From IMG/VR virus record IMGVR_UViG_3300020045_000643, positions 1-63,686 of that record: a DNA stretch of 63,686 nucleotides; one strand, written 5' to 3'. Shown piece by piece: positions 46,493 to 55,443 of this stretch. Positions within the stretch are counted from its first letter, which is position 1. Each line of letters opens with the position of its first letter. Below the pieces are notes generated by a model, which did no database searches, had not been told where the DNA came from, and saw only the letters and a program-made list of their open reading frames with translations. The translations under genes and the position numbers were made by a program. The DNA is from a virus. Its lineage: Duplodnaviria; Caudoviricetes.

Positions 46493-46759
46493 TTATTTCT
46501 GTTGAGCCATTAGCTCTTTGACTTGACGTCTTGTGTTAGTGGCCTGTTCAACTGCTGCAGCCATAGCTTGCTCTTCAGTATTACCTTTCTTTAGGTAACC
46601 TTCGTAGTTCTGCTTCTGCATCTTTTGGATTGCTGCTTCATTGATTGCTGGAGTACCAGCTAGGTTAGGGTCTAAACCTAGTTGCTCACATAAGTCAGCA
46701 TCGGAGGTTTCTGAATCACCACGGAGGGCGAAGATATTGTAGTTCTTGTATTCACTCAT
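46493..46759 (-). CDS. Hypothetical protein
   Basis: ORF coupled to dps. Confidence 0.6.
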   Translation of the reverse strand: MSEYKNYNIFALRGDSETSDADLCEQLGLDPNLAGTPAINEAAIQKMQKQNYEGYLKKGNTEEQAMAAAVEQATNTRRQVKELMAQQK

Positions 46760-47217
46760 TTAAAGCTCTTTCCTACAGTTGCTTTTAGTTTCCAACGTAG
46801 CTTGGATAAGTCTTTGAGGTAATCACCTACAAGAGTTTCTAAACCACCATAGCAGCATTCACCAGAAGCTTCGTATAGCCATTGACCGTTACGCATTAGT
46901 ACTTCAAAGTCTTCGAGTAAGTTTTCAATCATACTACGGCTAGACATGTTAGCAGAGGCAGCTTCAGCTACTTCAGAGATACCAAGAATAGCTTTCAAAG
47001 ATGATGGTGCTGGCTTGTCAAGTTGACGTAGCTGTTCACCAAACATATCGTGGTACTCATATAGGAAGTCGTATACTTCACCTAATAGGGCATGGTCTTG
47101 AGCAAACGTTGGACCTTCTACGTTGAAGTGGAAGCCATGTGCTTTGTAGTATGTTACAAAGTTATCTGCAAACAAACATCGTAGTGCTGATACAATAGCT
47201 GTTGAATCATTTTTCAT
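46756..47217 (-). CDS. dps: Dps / DNA-binding ferritin-like protein
   Basis: YYKAHGFHFNVEGPTF...H.LL.E.Y.......D..GE.LRQL and C-terminal K..W.L. Confidence 0.85.
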   Translation of the reverse strand: MKNDSTAIVSALRCLFADNFVTYYKAHGFHFNVEGPTFAQDHALLGEVYDFLYEYHDMFGEQLRQLDKPAPSSLKAILGISEVAEAASANMSSRSMIENLLEDFEVLMRNGQWLYEASGECCYGGLETLVGDYLKDLSKLRWKLKATVGKSFK

Positions 47218-47326
47218 CTTTATCTTCTTTCTTTTCTTCGGGTTTATCTTTAGGTTTAAAAATATTATCCCAGTTATCTCTTACTTTTTCAGCGTCTTCG
47301 TTTCTACGCCCTGAACCTTTACCCAT
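47207..47326 (-). CDS. Small basic protein (39 aa, MGKGSGRR...NWDNIFK)
   Basis: Translated by hand; AGGAG RBS. Confidence 0.55.
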   Translation of the reverse strand: MGKGSGRRNEDAEKVRDNWDNIFKPKDKPEEKKEDKDEK

Positions 47327-47428
47327 ATTAATTCTCCTGATTGAATGTATCCCATGATGACTCATACAATGGGTCATAGGGTAAATTTAATTCGTAGTCT
47401 TCAATGTTATCATCCATGATTGTGTCCT

Positions 47429-47504
47429 TGGTGAGTCATGACGGATTCAAACCGCCGACCAACGGTGTAGAAGACCGATGCTCTATTCACTGAGCTAATG
47501 ACTC
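47429..47504 (-). tRNA. tRNA-Arg(TCT)
   Basis: Cloverleaf GAGTCAT/ATGACTC, anticodon loop CTTCTAC, encoded CCA. Confidence 0.9.
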
Positions 47505-47512
47505 GTTATTAG

Positions 47513-47602
47513 TGGAGGAGACGGTGAGATTCGAACTCACGGAGCCTGTTAGGACTCATCTGGGTTCAAGCCAGATACATTAAACCACTCTGACACGTCT
47601 CC
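47513..47602 (-). tRNA. tRNA-Ser(TGA)
   Basis: GGAGACG/CGTCTCC, loop CTTGAAC, long variable arm, GTTCGAATC, CCA. Confidence 0.92.
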
Positions 47603-47607
47603 GTTAT

Positions 47608-47682
47608 TGGGCAGAAAGACGGGTTACGCTCCCTGTCTACCTGTTTCACAGACAGGTGTGCTACTATTACACTATCTACTGC
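47608..47682 (-). tRNA. tRNA-His(GTG), atypical T-arm
   Basis: CCTGT-CTGTGAA-ACAGG anticodon arm; T-loop reads AGCGTAA; CCA end. Confidence 0.75.
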
Positions 47683-47693
47683 ATATTACTTGC

Positions 47694-47767
47694 TGGCACA
47701 GCGTGAAGGAATCAAACCTCCGTTAGCGGATTTGGAATCCACAGTCCTATCACTGAACGAACGCCGC
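47694..47767 (-). tRNA. tRNA-Trp(CCA)
   Basis: GCGGCGT/ACGCTGT, loop TTCCAAA, CCA. Confidence 0.88.
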
Positions 47768-47771
47768 ATGT

Positions 47772-47849
47772 TGGTCTGTGCGGGTGGATTTGAACCACCG
47801 ATTTCCTGCTTCCAAGGCAGGTAGATTAACCAGACTTTCTCACACACAG
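47772..47849 (-). tRNA. tRNA-Pro(TGG)
   Basis: CCTGC-CTTGGAA-GCAGG, GGTTCAAATCC, CCA. Confidence 0.9.
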
Positions 47850-47857
47850 ATTATTAT

Positions 47858-47942
47858 TGGTGGATCCTCTAGGAGTCGAACCTAGTTGCCATAAGGCCAC
47901 AGATTTACAGTCTGCTGCAGTCGCCAATGCTGCTCAGAATCC
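47858..47942 (-). tRNA. tRNA-Tyr(GTA)
   Basis: GCAGA-CTGTAAA-TCTGT, long variable arm, GGTTCGACTCC, CCA. Confidence 0.9.
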
Positions 47943-47950
47943 TTTGTTCT

Positions 47951-48029
47951 TGGCTCCGGATGTCGGAATCGAACCGACCTAACCATTGATTAACAGTCAA
48001 GCCCATGCACCTTGCTCGGGTTTTCCGGA
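47951..48029 (-). tRNA. tRNA-Asn(GTT)
   Basis: TCCGGA/TCCGGA acceptor, loop CTGTTAA, GGTTCGATTCC, CCA. Confidence 0.9.
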
Positions 48030-48035
48030 ATAAAT

Positions 48036-48176
48036 AAGTATGAGAGGTAACCCATACTCGTTCTTAGTACTTCACCAACGACACCACTCATCAAGTGGAT
48101 TAGCTACTAAGTTTCTCTTTCCCTGTGGGTTTCGCCAAAGAGCACTGGCTAGTCTGATTAGGACGCGTTGGTTTCC
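48036..48176 (-). ncRNA. Candidate structured ncRNA or tRNA-operon leader
   Basis: Non-coding stretch with several complementary segments, directly downstream of a promoter motif. Confidence 0.35.
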
Positions 48177-48191
48177 TATTAGGTTCCAGCT
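48175..48191 (-). promoter_or_regulatory. Putative phage RNAP promoter AGCTGGAACCTAATAGG
   Basis: 17-mer copy overlapping the thioredoxin stop and facing the tRNA cluster. Confidence 0.7.
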
Positions 48192-48442
48192 AGAAACTTA
48201 CGGGTCTCAGCCAGAGTCATTGCACCCTTTTGAGTACGCAAAGTATTACCCTCAGAATCTTCTAAGATAAAGAAAGGAACACTACGGATTTGATGCTTGA
48301 TTAGGATTTCTTTATCCTGACCTGCATCAATCTCATCTAGGGTTGTATTGAACTCACCTTCAAGATCGATATCCTTTAAGATATCAGTCATCATCTTACA
48401 TGGACCACACCACTCAGTGTATACTTTAATTAGTTTGTTCAT
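48179..48442 (-). CDS. Thioredoxin
   Basis: WCGPCK active site; IRSVP cis-Pro loop. Confidence 0.9.
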   Translation of the reverse strand: MNKLIKVYTEWCGPCKMMTDILKDIDLEGEFNTTLDEIDAGQDKEILIKHQIRSVPFFILEDSEGNTLRTQKGAMTLAETRKFLAGT

Positions 48443-48812
48443 TATTTCTTTCTAAATATTTAACAGCTTTGTTTAATCCAGACAAGGTATCACCAAAGAT
48501 ACCAAGCCCTTTGTTACATTGACCACATAGAATACCTCTAATTTTACCAGTAGAATGATCATGGTCTACTACAGCACTTTGTTTAGTAGCTTTACCGTCT
48601 AGTTCTACAGGTAAATTACAAATAGCACAGCAACCATCTTGATCAGCGATTAACTTATCTCTTTCAGGAGAGGTAATACCATACTTTGATCTAAGATGTC
48701 GGCATGTATTACACTCTTTGTATGATGCTGTGTATTCTTTGTTAGTATTATTGGTGTTCTTTACAGAATAAGTTGCTGTTTCATTTTTACAACCTGTATT
48801 CTTACAAATCAT
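48426..48812 (-). CDS. Endonuclease VII-like endonuclease (paralog of 396-800)
   Basis: KYGIT...QDGCCAIC...DHDHSTGKIRGILCGQCNKGLG; start trimmed to MICK. Confidence 0.85.
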   Translation of the reverse strand: MICKNTGCKNETATYSVKNTNNTNKEYTASYKECNTCRHLRSKYGITSPERDKLIADQDGCCAICNLPVELDGKATKQSAVVDHDHSTGKIRGILCGQCNKGLGIFGDTLSGLNKAVKYLERNNEQTN

Positions 48813-50680
48813 AACTCGCAGTTTCCGGCGGTACAAGCTAACATCTGGGCACCTTCTACGTTATCACGGTCTTCAATAAACAATTCCCAATCGATTGATG
48901 GTAATGTATCGAGTAAGTGTTTGTATTCAGATGAATCAATGTTTTCATACGGAGCTTGACGATATGTACCTCCATCATCAGGAAGGAATGAGATGCCTGT
49001 GCATTCATTGAAGTGTTCATATACCCATGCACCAACCATAGGCCACTCATGCTCTTTAACAGAGATAGTTACAGATGGTTTGTGTTCGCACCAGTGACGC
49101 TGATAAGCTAACCAGATCTCAAGATGTTGAATAGCAGTTAAGTCTTCACGAGTAAACCCGGGTGAACGCATAGGAAAGCTAAACACAGCTGTCTGGTCTG
49201 GCTTCATTACACAGTCTTCATTAGGGATACCTTGAGAGATCAAGAACTGAGTCAATGGATCTTTCTTATCCTGACGAATACGGCGAATGTAGTATGGAGC
49301 ATGACCTGCATGGATACCACTAGATGTCAATGTCAACTGGGACACTGTACCTTCTGGCTTAACACAAGTAATAGCTGCCGACTCAGGTACACCTAAGATC
49401 TCAGCCCATTCTTTGTTAGTCTCACGAGCTACATCACGGAGTTCTGATAGGACTGCGTCTAAGTTAAAGCCTTCACCACGGAGAATAGCGTTGTCGAGAA
49501 TACCTGTCATAGATACACCCAACAAACGTTCTGCTTCTGTATTCTGTTTCCAGATATCACGTAGGTAAGGGAAGTCAGTCAAGGTAGACTGCATAGTACC
49601 CATGATAGTAGCAAAGCGAACCTTCAACTTGAGTGATTCAATAGTGTCACCTGCTTCGACCACAATGGTAGAAAGGTTACAGAACTGATATGGCTTAAGG
49701 ATAATCTCTGAGCAAGGGTTAGTACCGTACTGTACGTCTTTTGCTCGGCGACCCCACTTAGCGGCTTGTACCTGAGAAGCTTCACGGTTGAAGATACCAC
49801 GTTCACCTGAGTGACTGTTATAGATATCTAACCATTCCTTCATGAACTCACCAACAGATGGTTTAGTCTGGTATACCGCTGAGTTATTAGCTAAGGCACG
49901 TTCGCCAAAGCCTTTCCACCATTCGCCAGCCTTAGCGGTAGCATGGTCACGATCAGATAAGTCACCTAAGCTAATCATAGCTGAACGGCGTACACCACCT
50001 ACCACTACTACTTCACCGATCTTACACATGATGTCATGTGATTCGATGTTCTTTAGCTTACGACCTTTAGCCTTAGTGAACTTTTTAACTGTGTAGTTAA
50101 ACAAAGCAACCAAAGGTTCAGGACCACTAGCACGACCACCAAAGGTCTTTAGTGGAGCACCTGCTGGACGTACTTTAGATACATCCCATGTAGGGATAAT
50201 ACCTTTGTATAAGCAGTCAACGAGTTCTTGGAAGGCATAACACCAACCTTCTTTGCTGTCATCTACTACAATCAGATGTTCTGACTGGTGTAACTGAGGT
50301 ACAACAGGGAGTTGCTGAGTATATTGAGACTCACATGAGAATCCTACACCAGTACCGCATAGTAAGATGTACATTGCTTCATCGAAACAACGTTGATGAT
50401 CTACAGGTAGGTAGCTACAGTTATAAGCAGCTACGTGAGTCCTGCGGAGTGCCTCACCTGCAGTCATAATTGAGCGCATTGAGGGGAGGGTACTTAGCGT
50501 CTTGATTTCGTTGTTTAACATACCCCAGATGCTGTCTGTGGTATCTAGTTTACCTGCTAATTGTTCCTTAAAGAAGTCTGTCCAGCGGTCTGCTGTTTCA
50601 TCCCAGTTCTCACGGCGCTTTTTCTCAGGGAGATAGCGAGCGTAGCGGGATTTAGCGATAAGTTCTTGATATGAGTTCAT
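48809..50680 (-). CDS. nrdJ: Class II (adenosylcobalamin-dependent) ribonucleotide reductase, monomeric RTPR-type
   Basis: YNCSY, VVVGGVRRSA.I, TNPCSEI, VKPEGTVSQL, EHKPSVT and C-terminal ACTAGNCEL; no beta subunit gene. Confidence 0.92.
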   Translation of the reverse strand: MNSYQELIAKSRYARYLPEKKRRENWDETADRWTDFFKEQLAGKLDTTDSIWGMLNNEIKTLSTLPSMRSIMTAGEALRRTHVAAYNCSYLPVDHQRCFDEAMYILLCGTGVGFSCESQYTQQLPVVPQLHQSEHLIVVDDSKEGWCYAFQELVDCLYKGIIPTWDVSKVRPAGAPLKTFGGRASGPEPLVALFNYTVKKFTKAKGRKLKNIESHDIMCKIGEVVVVGGVRRSAMISLGDLSDRDHATAKAGEWWKGFGERALANNSAVYQTKPSVGEFMKEWLDIYNSHSGERGIFNREASQVQAAKWGRRAKDVQYGTNPCSEIILKPYQFCNLSTIVVEAGDTIESLKLKVRFATIMGTMQSTLTDFPYLRDIWKQNTEAERLLGVSMTGILDNAILRGEGFNLDAVLSELRDVARETNKEWAEILGVPESAAITCVKPEGTVSQLTLTSSGIHAGHAPYYIRRIRQDKKDPLTQFLISQGIPNEDCVMKPDQTAVFSFPMRSPGFTREDLTAIQHLEIWLAYQRHWCEHKPSVTISVKEHEWPMVGAWVYEHFNECTGISFLPDDGGTYRQAPYENIDSSEYKHLLDTLPSIDWELFIEDRDNVEGAQMLACTAGNCEL

Positions 50681-50706
50681 GGAGTCCTTGTTTGTTTTTG
50701 TTGTTC

Positions 50707-50723
50707 GGTATTAGGTACCGACT
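50707..50723 (-). promoter_or_regulatory. Putative phage RNAP promoter AGTCGGTACCTAATACC
   Basis: 17-mer variant between the RNAP gene and nrdJ. Confidence 0.65.
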
Positions 50724-50726
50724 GAA

Positions 50727-52928
50727 TTAGCAAAAGAAATACTTTGAGTTATAAACGTCTTGGAGATCTAAACTTCCGGTCTCAGGTTGAGGGAAAGTGA
50801 ATGATTCTTTATTCTCCATGAGAGTTTCTTGAAGAGTGTTAAAGAAGTTCTCTGTATCATACTGAGCAATGAAGTTCATCTTGGTTACTTCTTGTAGAAA
50901 GTCCACTTCATCAGCGTGAGTACTAAAAGAGTCATGAACTGCACCGAAGCTACCGTTAAAGCCAACAATAGTATTAGCCATGTGAGCAGCATCATAGGAA
51001 TGTACAACGTTAGGGCTAATACCCGAAGCAAAACTCCTACGGCATGGTACTTTTTCCCCAGTTTCTTTATTGAGGACATCCACTTTAATAACGTGCATGA
51101 TACGACCGTCTTTATTTCCCGTAATACCTCGTATCGTACCTCGCTGTTTGCGTTCGTGCTGAAGATAAGCTTTGTAAACCACAGGGAAGCCACTAGGAGT
51201 GTGCCAAGTAAGGTTATTTCTACCGGAGTTAAGTTCATGTTCTGCAATCTTCTGTAAGTATTTAGTTGTTTTAAGTGGACCAGCACATACAGTGTTGATA
51301 GCCTTAATTAAGTTACCTGCAAGAGTATCACACTGATCTTGATCAATGTTGTACTTCACAGTGAAACCTTCTACGTGACAATCATCATACATGTTCTTGG
51401 CGATACGTTGTTTACCTGCTGAGTAAGCACGAGTCATAGAGCCTCGTTTAGCAATACCCTTACGGATATGCTTCATAGGCATCTGCTTCTCTGTAAACCA
51501 GTCAGGCATGATGGTGATAAGTTCTTTAGCAACAGCTACATAGAAGTCTTTTTGGATAGGAGTAGGTACTAAGGACACTAAGGTACCTGCTTGTTTATCC
51601 TTAGACATAGCTGCAAGATGTTGCCAGCCGTTATTAGAGCCATCAATAGGGATAGGGAACCCTGACATGTATACTTGTCGGAGAATCTTTGACTGGTTGT
51701 ACCCTTCAATCTCTAAACAAGCAGCTAAGAAGCTGTAAGGCTTTTCAGCTGATTGGTCTATGATTTTGAAGCGAGCAACACTACCAATGAGTTGTTGGTT
51801 ATTGCGAACCCACAACGCACGATCATCTAGAGTCATTTTATCTAGGGAAATAGTATCGAGACCTTCCTCTAGCAAATAGCTCTTGTAGTCTGTGGTAAAG
51901 TAGCTTGGAATCTCATCAATGTTAAATGATTTGTTATAGCAAGCTGCAGTATGAACACATAGCCAGTAGTAGCCTCGTTCAGTAACTTCCTTTTTGTTAG
52001 CGAATAAAAAGAGACTACGAGCTAAGTCACTACCTTGGAACTCAAGGAATGATTCAGCATAGTAGACTCGTCCACGATAGTCACAAGATACTTCTTGGTA
52101 GAAGGTCTGGTCATTAACTAATCGTGCTTTTTTTAACACCTGATTGTACTCGAAGTACTTACTCAGCATACGTTGTAGCTTAGGGTCTTTCTTACCCATG
52201 AACTTAGTACCATCTAAGTGGTTAAGTTTCTTAGGTAAGTTAAGGTTCTCATGGTGAATGTTGTATACAAAGATCTCACCATTCTCATCAACTAAGTCAA
52301 GAGTTTCTGAAGGGTATGTGTTCTCCATAGCCTCTAGCACTGGTAGGTTAAGCTTCCAAGGCTGTTGACGTAATGTTTCTAGACTCTTGATGAATGGTTT
52401 GTCTAAGTATTCATGGAACAATCGACTGTTAGACCAGCCCTTGATGAACGGTTCTTTAGTAAGGTGACTATACAAACCAGTGATAGGTAGTAGTGGTTCA
52501 AATGATGTGCCGATTAACGTGGGCTTAACATCATCTGTTTGGTTAACAATACGTACCATGTATGGAGCCTTACGACCATCATATTCACGGAAGATATCGA
52601 TTAGACCGTCTTGGAGGAATGTTTCAAGAAGAAGGTCTCCAAGGCTAAGTGTGGATTTGATGTTGTGTTCATCAGTGCCGATAGCCCTTGCAATTCTCTT
52701 GCCGATAAGATCAGATGCGAAGGTGAGTTTAACCGAAGCGCTGTGCGTAGCATTCTTGTTACGTATGCAGTATCGCAGTAATGTGTCCCATGATTCATTG
52801 ATAAACCTTTCTAGATCGTATTCCCATGTGGGGTGGTATGCAAGGAGACGCGCACCCTCATTGTAGATCTTATCTGAGTTTAATACTACCTTGGCTACTC
52901 GTTCAGTAAGATATTGTGTTGGATTCAT
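50727..52928 (-). CDS. T7/T3-family single-subunit RNA polymerase with short N-terminus
   Basis: DYRGRVY, PIDGSNNGWQH, RKGIAKRGSMTRAYS, PNVVHSYDA, VHDSF and C-terminal YFFC. Confidence 0.95.
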   Translation of the reverse strand: MNPTQYLTERVAKVVLNSDKIYNEGARLLAYHPTWEYDLERFINESWDTLLRYCIRNKNATHSASVKLTFASDLIGKRIARAIGTDEHNIKSTLSLGDLLLETFLQDGLIDIFREYDGRKAPYMVRIVNQTDDVKPTLIGTSFEPLLPITGLYSHLTKEPFIKGWSNSRLFHEYLDKPFIKSLETLRQQPWKLNLPVLEAMENTYPSETLDLVDENGEIFVYNIHHENLNLPKKLNHLDGTKFMGKKDPKLQRMLSKYFEYNQVLKKARLVNDQTFYQEVSCDYRGRVYYAESFLEFQGSDLARSLFLFANKKEVTERGYYWLCVHTAACYNKSFNIDEIPSYFTTDYKSYLLEEGLDTISLDKMTLDDRALWVRNNQQLIGSVARFKIIDQSAEKPYSFLAACLEIEGYNQSKILRQVYMSGFPIPIDGSNNGWQHLAAMSKDKQAGTLVSLVPTPIQKDFYVAVAKELITIMPDWFTEKQMPMKHIRKGIAKRGSMTRAYSAGKQRIAKNMYDDCHVEGFTVKYNIDQDQCDTLAGNLIKAINTVCAGPLKTTKYLQKIAEHELNSGRNNLTWHTPSGFPVVYKAYLQHERKQRGTIRGITGNKDGRIMHVIKVDVLNKETGEKVPCRRSFASGISPNVVHSYDAAHMANTIVGFNGSFGAVHDSFSTHADEVDFLQEVTKMNFIAQYDTENFFNTLQETLMENKESFTFPQPETGSLDLQDVYNSKYFFC

Positions 52929-52932
52929 TTTG

Positions 52933-53259
52933 TTATGGCAAGCCGTTTAGTTTAGCGTATTTGTAGAAAGCGTCAGCGAAGTCTTCGTTCATGTCAACGA
53001 GTTCATCACCGAGTTTGATATGATAAATTACTTTATTCAGTTCCTTTTGAAAGCGATAGTCATTCCATTCATTGTACCAATAACCCCAGTGCCATTCTCC
53101 TGACTTAAAGAATTTAAAATTAAACAAACGAGCAAACCAGTGAGACTCATACTCGCGTTTACGTTCATTTACCTTGAACCAGTACTCAACAGTACCTTGA
53201 CGACAGCGCCCGATACGATTGAGTAACCATTGACGGTAGTTTGTTGCTTTTACTTTCAT
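52933..53259 (-). CDS. Hypothetical protein (aromatic-rich)
   Basis: ORF coupled to the primase-helicase gene. Confidence 0.55.
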   Translation of the reverse strand: MKVKATNYRQWLLNRIGRCRQGTVEYWFKVNERKREYESHWFARLFNFKFFKSGEWHWGYWYNEWNDYRFQKELNKVIYHIKLGDELVDMNEDFADAFYKYAKLNGLP

Positions 53260-54860
53260 TCGAAGTCCACAAAAGAAGTTTGATTTAGACGACCTGTTTT
53301 AGCATCATATGATGTACTACCACAGTCACCAGTGCGACCAGTGTGTCGGCATTTAAGGACACGTAGTCGGATTGTGTTCCGGACTTGTTCCATTTCAGCA
53401 ACCATGTTACGGCAGAAGGCAATGATATCAAACGAGATTTGTTTGATAGAGCCTGAGCCTTTGATGTCATCGATAGAAGGCATGTGACCTTCCTCGAATG
53501 GCTTCTCACCTTTACGCAAGTGAGATACAACACCTAACCAGATGTTATGCTTCTTAGTGATCTTGAGCAAGTCAGACATGAAGGAGTCAACTGCTTCATT
53601 ACCTGTCTTACCCTTAACACCTTCAGATACAGCAATAGTAATGTGGTCAAGGATAATATACTTACAACCCATCAATGCTAGGTGTTCGATCTTATCAATC
53701 AATGACTCATCACTAACAGAACCCTGGTGGTCAAGTAGTACTAAGCGTTCATCACCGAAGACAGTCTTGAATGCTTCATACTGTTCTTCCTCGGAGATGT
53801 CAGCTGACTTAAGGTCTTTCTTAAGCTGCATACCAATGAACTTTTCTGCAGTATCACCTACAGATTCTTCGAGTGATACCATACCTACCATGTCTTGAGT
53901 CTTGTCTAGGATTTCTAGGACAATTTCTTTGATGACAGTAGATTTACCTGAGCCCGTACCTGAAGTGAACAGTACGATCTCACCGAGACGCATACCGAAG
54001 AGCTTGTCATTGAGTGAGTTCAAACAAGAAGGGTAAGCTAGGGATACAACAGACTGTTTAAGTTTGAATTGTTCCCATACAGCTTCACCCTTGACTACAT
54101 CAGAAGGGCTGTATGTAACTGCATTGAAGATACAGTTCATTAGTGCTGCAGAACCTTGTTTGATTAGTACATCACAAGGATCTTTCTCAGGTAGTGATGC
54201 TACCTTTACTTTATCGTAGCCAATAATCTTAGCTGCAGCTTGAACAGCTTTCTGACCGGGTTCATCCATGTCAAACATCAATACGACTTCATCGAACCCA
54301 CGTAACCATTCACGTTGTTCAAGGATCATTGATGTAGCTGAGGCAGAGGGTAATGCTACTGCTGGATAGAACCGTTGGTACTTGTCGTATTGGGCTTGTG
54401 CCACAGCGAGCGCATCAAGCTCTCCTTCACAGATGACGATTCGTTTACCACCAGTAGCGTTGGCTTGTCCAAAGAGTTGTACCCCTTTAAAGTCACCGTG
54501 GATGATAAATGACTTAGGTAACTTTCGTTCTTTGTAAGCCACGACCACTCCATCTTTAGTGTAAGGATAAAAATGGCTAGCCATAGTACCATCTTCAGCA
54601 TACGAAACTTTAACTCCGTATTGAGCTGCGACAGTTTTAGTAATACCTCGTTCTTGAAATCCACGGGTGTCATAGTTAGTAATCTCCGATAGTGTGTGCA
54701 TGTTGTAGTCTTCAGTGTGATATTCAGTTGGTGTATAAGTTGGGTCAACAGGAGATGATTTTTGGCAGCTAAAGCAGAAGCCATGTGAGTCATCTTCTTT
54801 GTAACTAAACGCATCGGATGATGAACATTTAGGACACGGTGCGTGGATCCATCGTGACAT
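53256..54860 (-). CDS. DNA primase-helicase (T7 gp4-like)
   Basis: Zn finger CPKC.SSDA...CFSC, TOPRIM CEGELDA / FDMDEPG, Walker A SGTGSGKS, ILDHI, DIKGSGSIKQ. Confidence 0.95.
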   Translation of the reverse strand: MSRWIHAPCPKCSSSDAFSYKEDDSHGFCFSCQKSSPVDPTYTPTEYHTEDYNMHTLSEITNYDTRGFQERGITKTVAAQYGVKVSYAEDGTMASHFYPYTKDGVVVAYKERKLPKSFIIHGDFKGVQLFGQANATGGKRIVICEGELDALAVAQAQYDKYQRFYPAVALPSASATSMILEQREWLRGFDEVVLMFDMDEPGQKAVQAAAKIIGYDKVKVASLPEKDPCDVLIKQGSAALMNCIFNAVTYSPSDVVKGEAVWEQFKLKQSVVSLAYPSCLNSLNDKLFGMRLGEIVLFTSGTGSGKSTVIKEIVLEILDKTQDMVGMVSLEESVGDTAEKFIGMQLKKDLKSADISEEEQYEAFKTVFGDERLVLLDHQGSVSDESLIDKIEHLALMGCKYIILDHITIAVSEGVKGKTGNEAVDSFMSDLLKITKKHNIWLGVVSHLRKGEKPFEEGHMPSIDDIKGSGSIKQISFDIIAFCRNMVAEMEQVRNTIRLRVLKCRHTGRTGDCGSTSYDAKTGRLNQTSFVDFE

Positions 54861-54863
54861 AGG

Positions 54864-55028
54864 TTAATTCCAGTCTCTGTTTTCTCGAATCTCCCTGAGC
54901 ATTTGTCTACGCTCATGGGCTTGTTGTTGAGTTTGTTTCTTCTCTTTGAACTTGTTTTTGAATTCATCCTTCAATGAGACCTCATCCTCATACTGGACAT
55001 TCTTAATTGGTTTATGTTTCTTACTCAT
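54864..55028 (-). CDS. Small charged hypothetical protein (54 aa)
   Basis: Translated by hand: MSKKHKPIKN...RENRDWN. Confidence 0.5.
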   Translation of the reverse strand: MSKKHKPIKNVQYEDEVSLKDEFKNKFKEKKQTQQQAHERRQMLREIRENRDWN

Positions 55029-55443
55029 ACGATTTAGGTTTTAAAAACTTGACGGCTCCAATGTTACCGTTGTACCAGAGACGTTCACCATCAGGTGTTT
55101 CATCTCGTGATAAGACCTCACATTGCCATTGCTCTTGGACTTCGCTATACGTAAGATCTCCGGGGCCAATACACCATTTGTATATAACAAAAGTAAATGA
55201 TTCAAATCCGTAGTACTCAATATCATCAAGGAGTTCTCTACAGGAGGTTCGATATGATCGCCAATCACTCTCTGTTCGAGTAACCCTTCTTCGCTTAAGT
55301 CCGGGGACCACTTTTCTTGATACACTTATTAGCTGCTTTCTGCCGATGTATCGGCGTCCTGTTTGGAGGTTTTCGACATAGTAGATGAATCCAAAGGCAT
55401 CGTCTGGTCTGTCTGTGAGAGGGTGCCAGTGTCCGTATTCCAT
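55021..55443 (-). CDS. GIY-YIG-family endonuclease
   Basis: GFIYYVEN..TGRRYIGRK...ESDWRSY..S...WYNGNI. Confidence 0.75.
   Translation of the reverse strand: MEYGHWHPLTDRPDDAFGFIYYVENLQTGRRYIGRKQLISVSRKVVPGLKRRRVTRTESDWRSYRTSCRELLDDIEYYGFESFTFVIYKWCIGPGDLTYSEVQEQWQCEVLSRDETPDGERLWYNGNIGAVKFLKPKSYE

Noticed and set aside
47429-48029. Stop-codon reassignment or suppressor tRNA
   Set aside because: All seven anticodons are sense, and long genes are intact under the standard code
48081-48100. Hammerhead ribozyme core (TTGATGAG...GAAG on the minus strand)
   Set aside because: It lacks exact CUGANGA and GAAA cores with the correct stems, and the segment folds as a simple hairpin instead
48426-50680. 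Group I intron or intein in nrdJ, the polymerases or terL
   Set aside because: The ORFs are continuous and of expected or shorter length, and the endonuclease lies after the nrdJ stop
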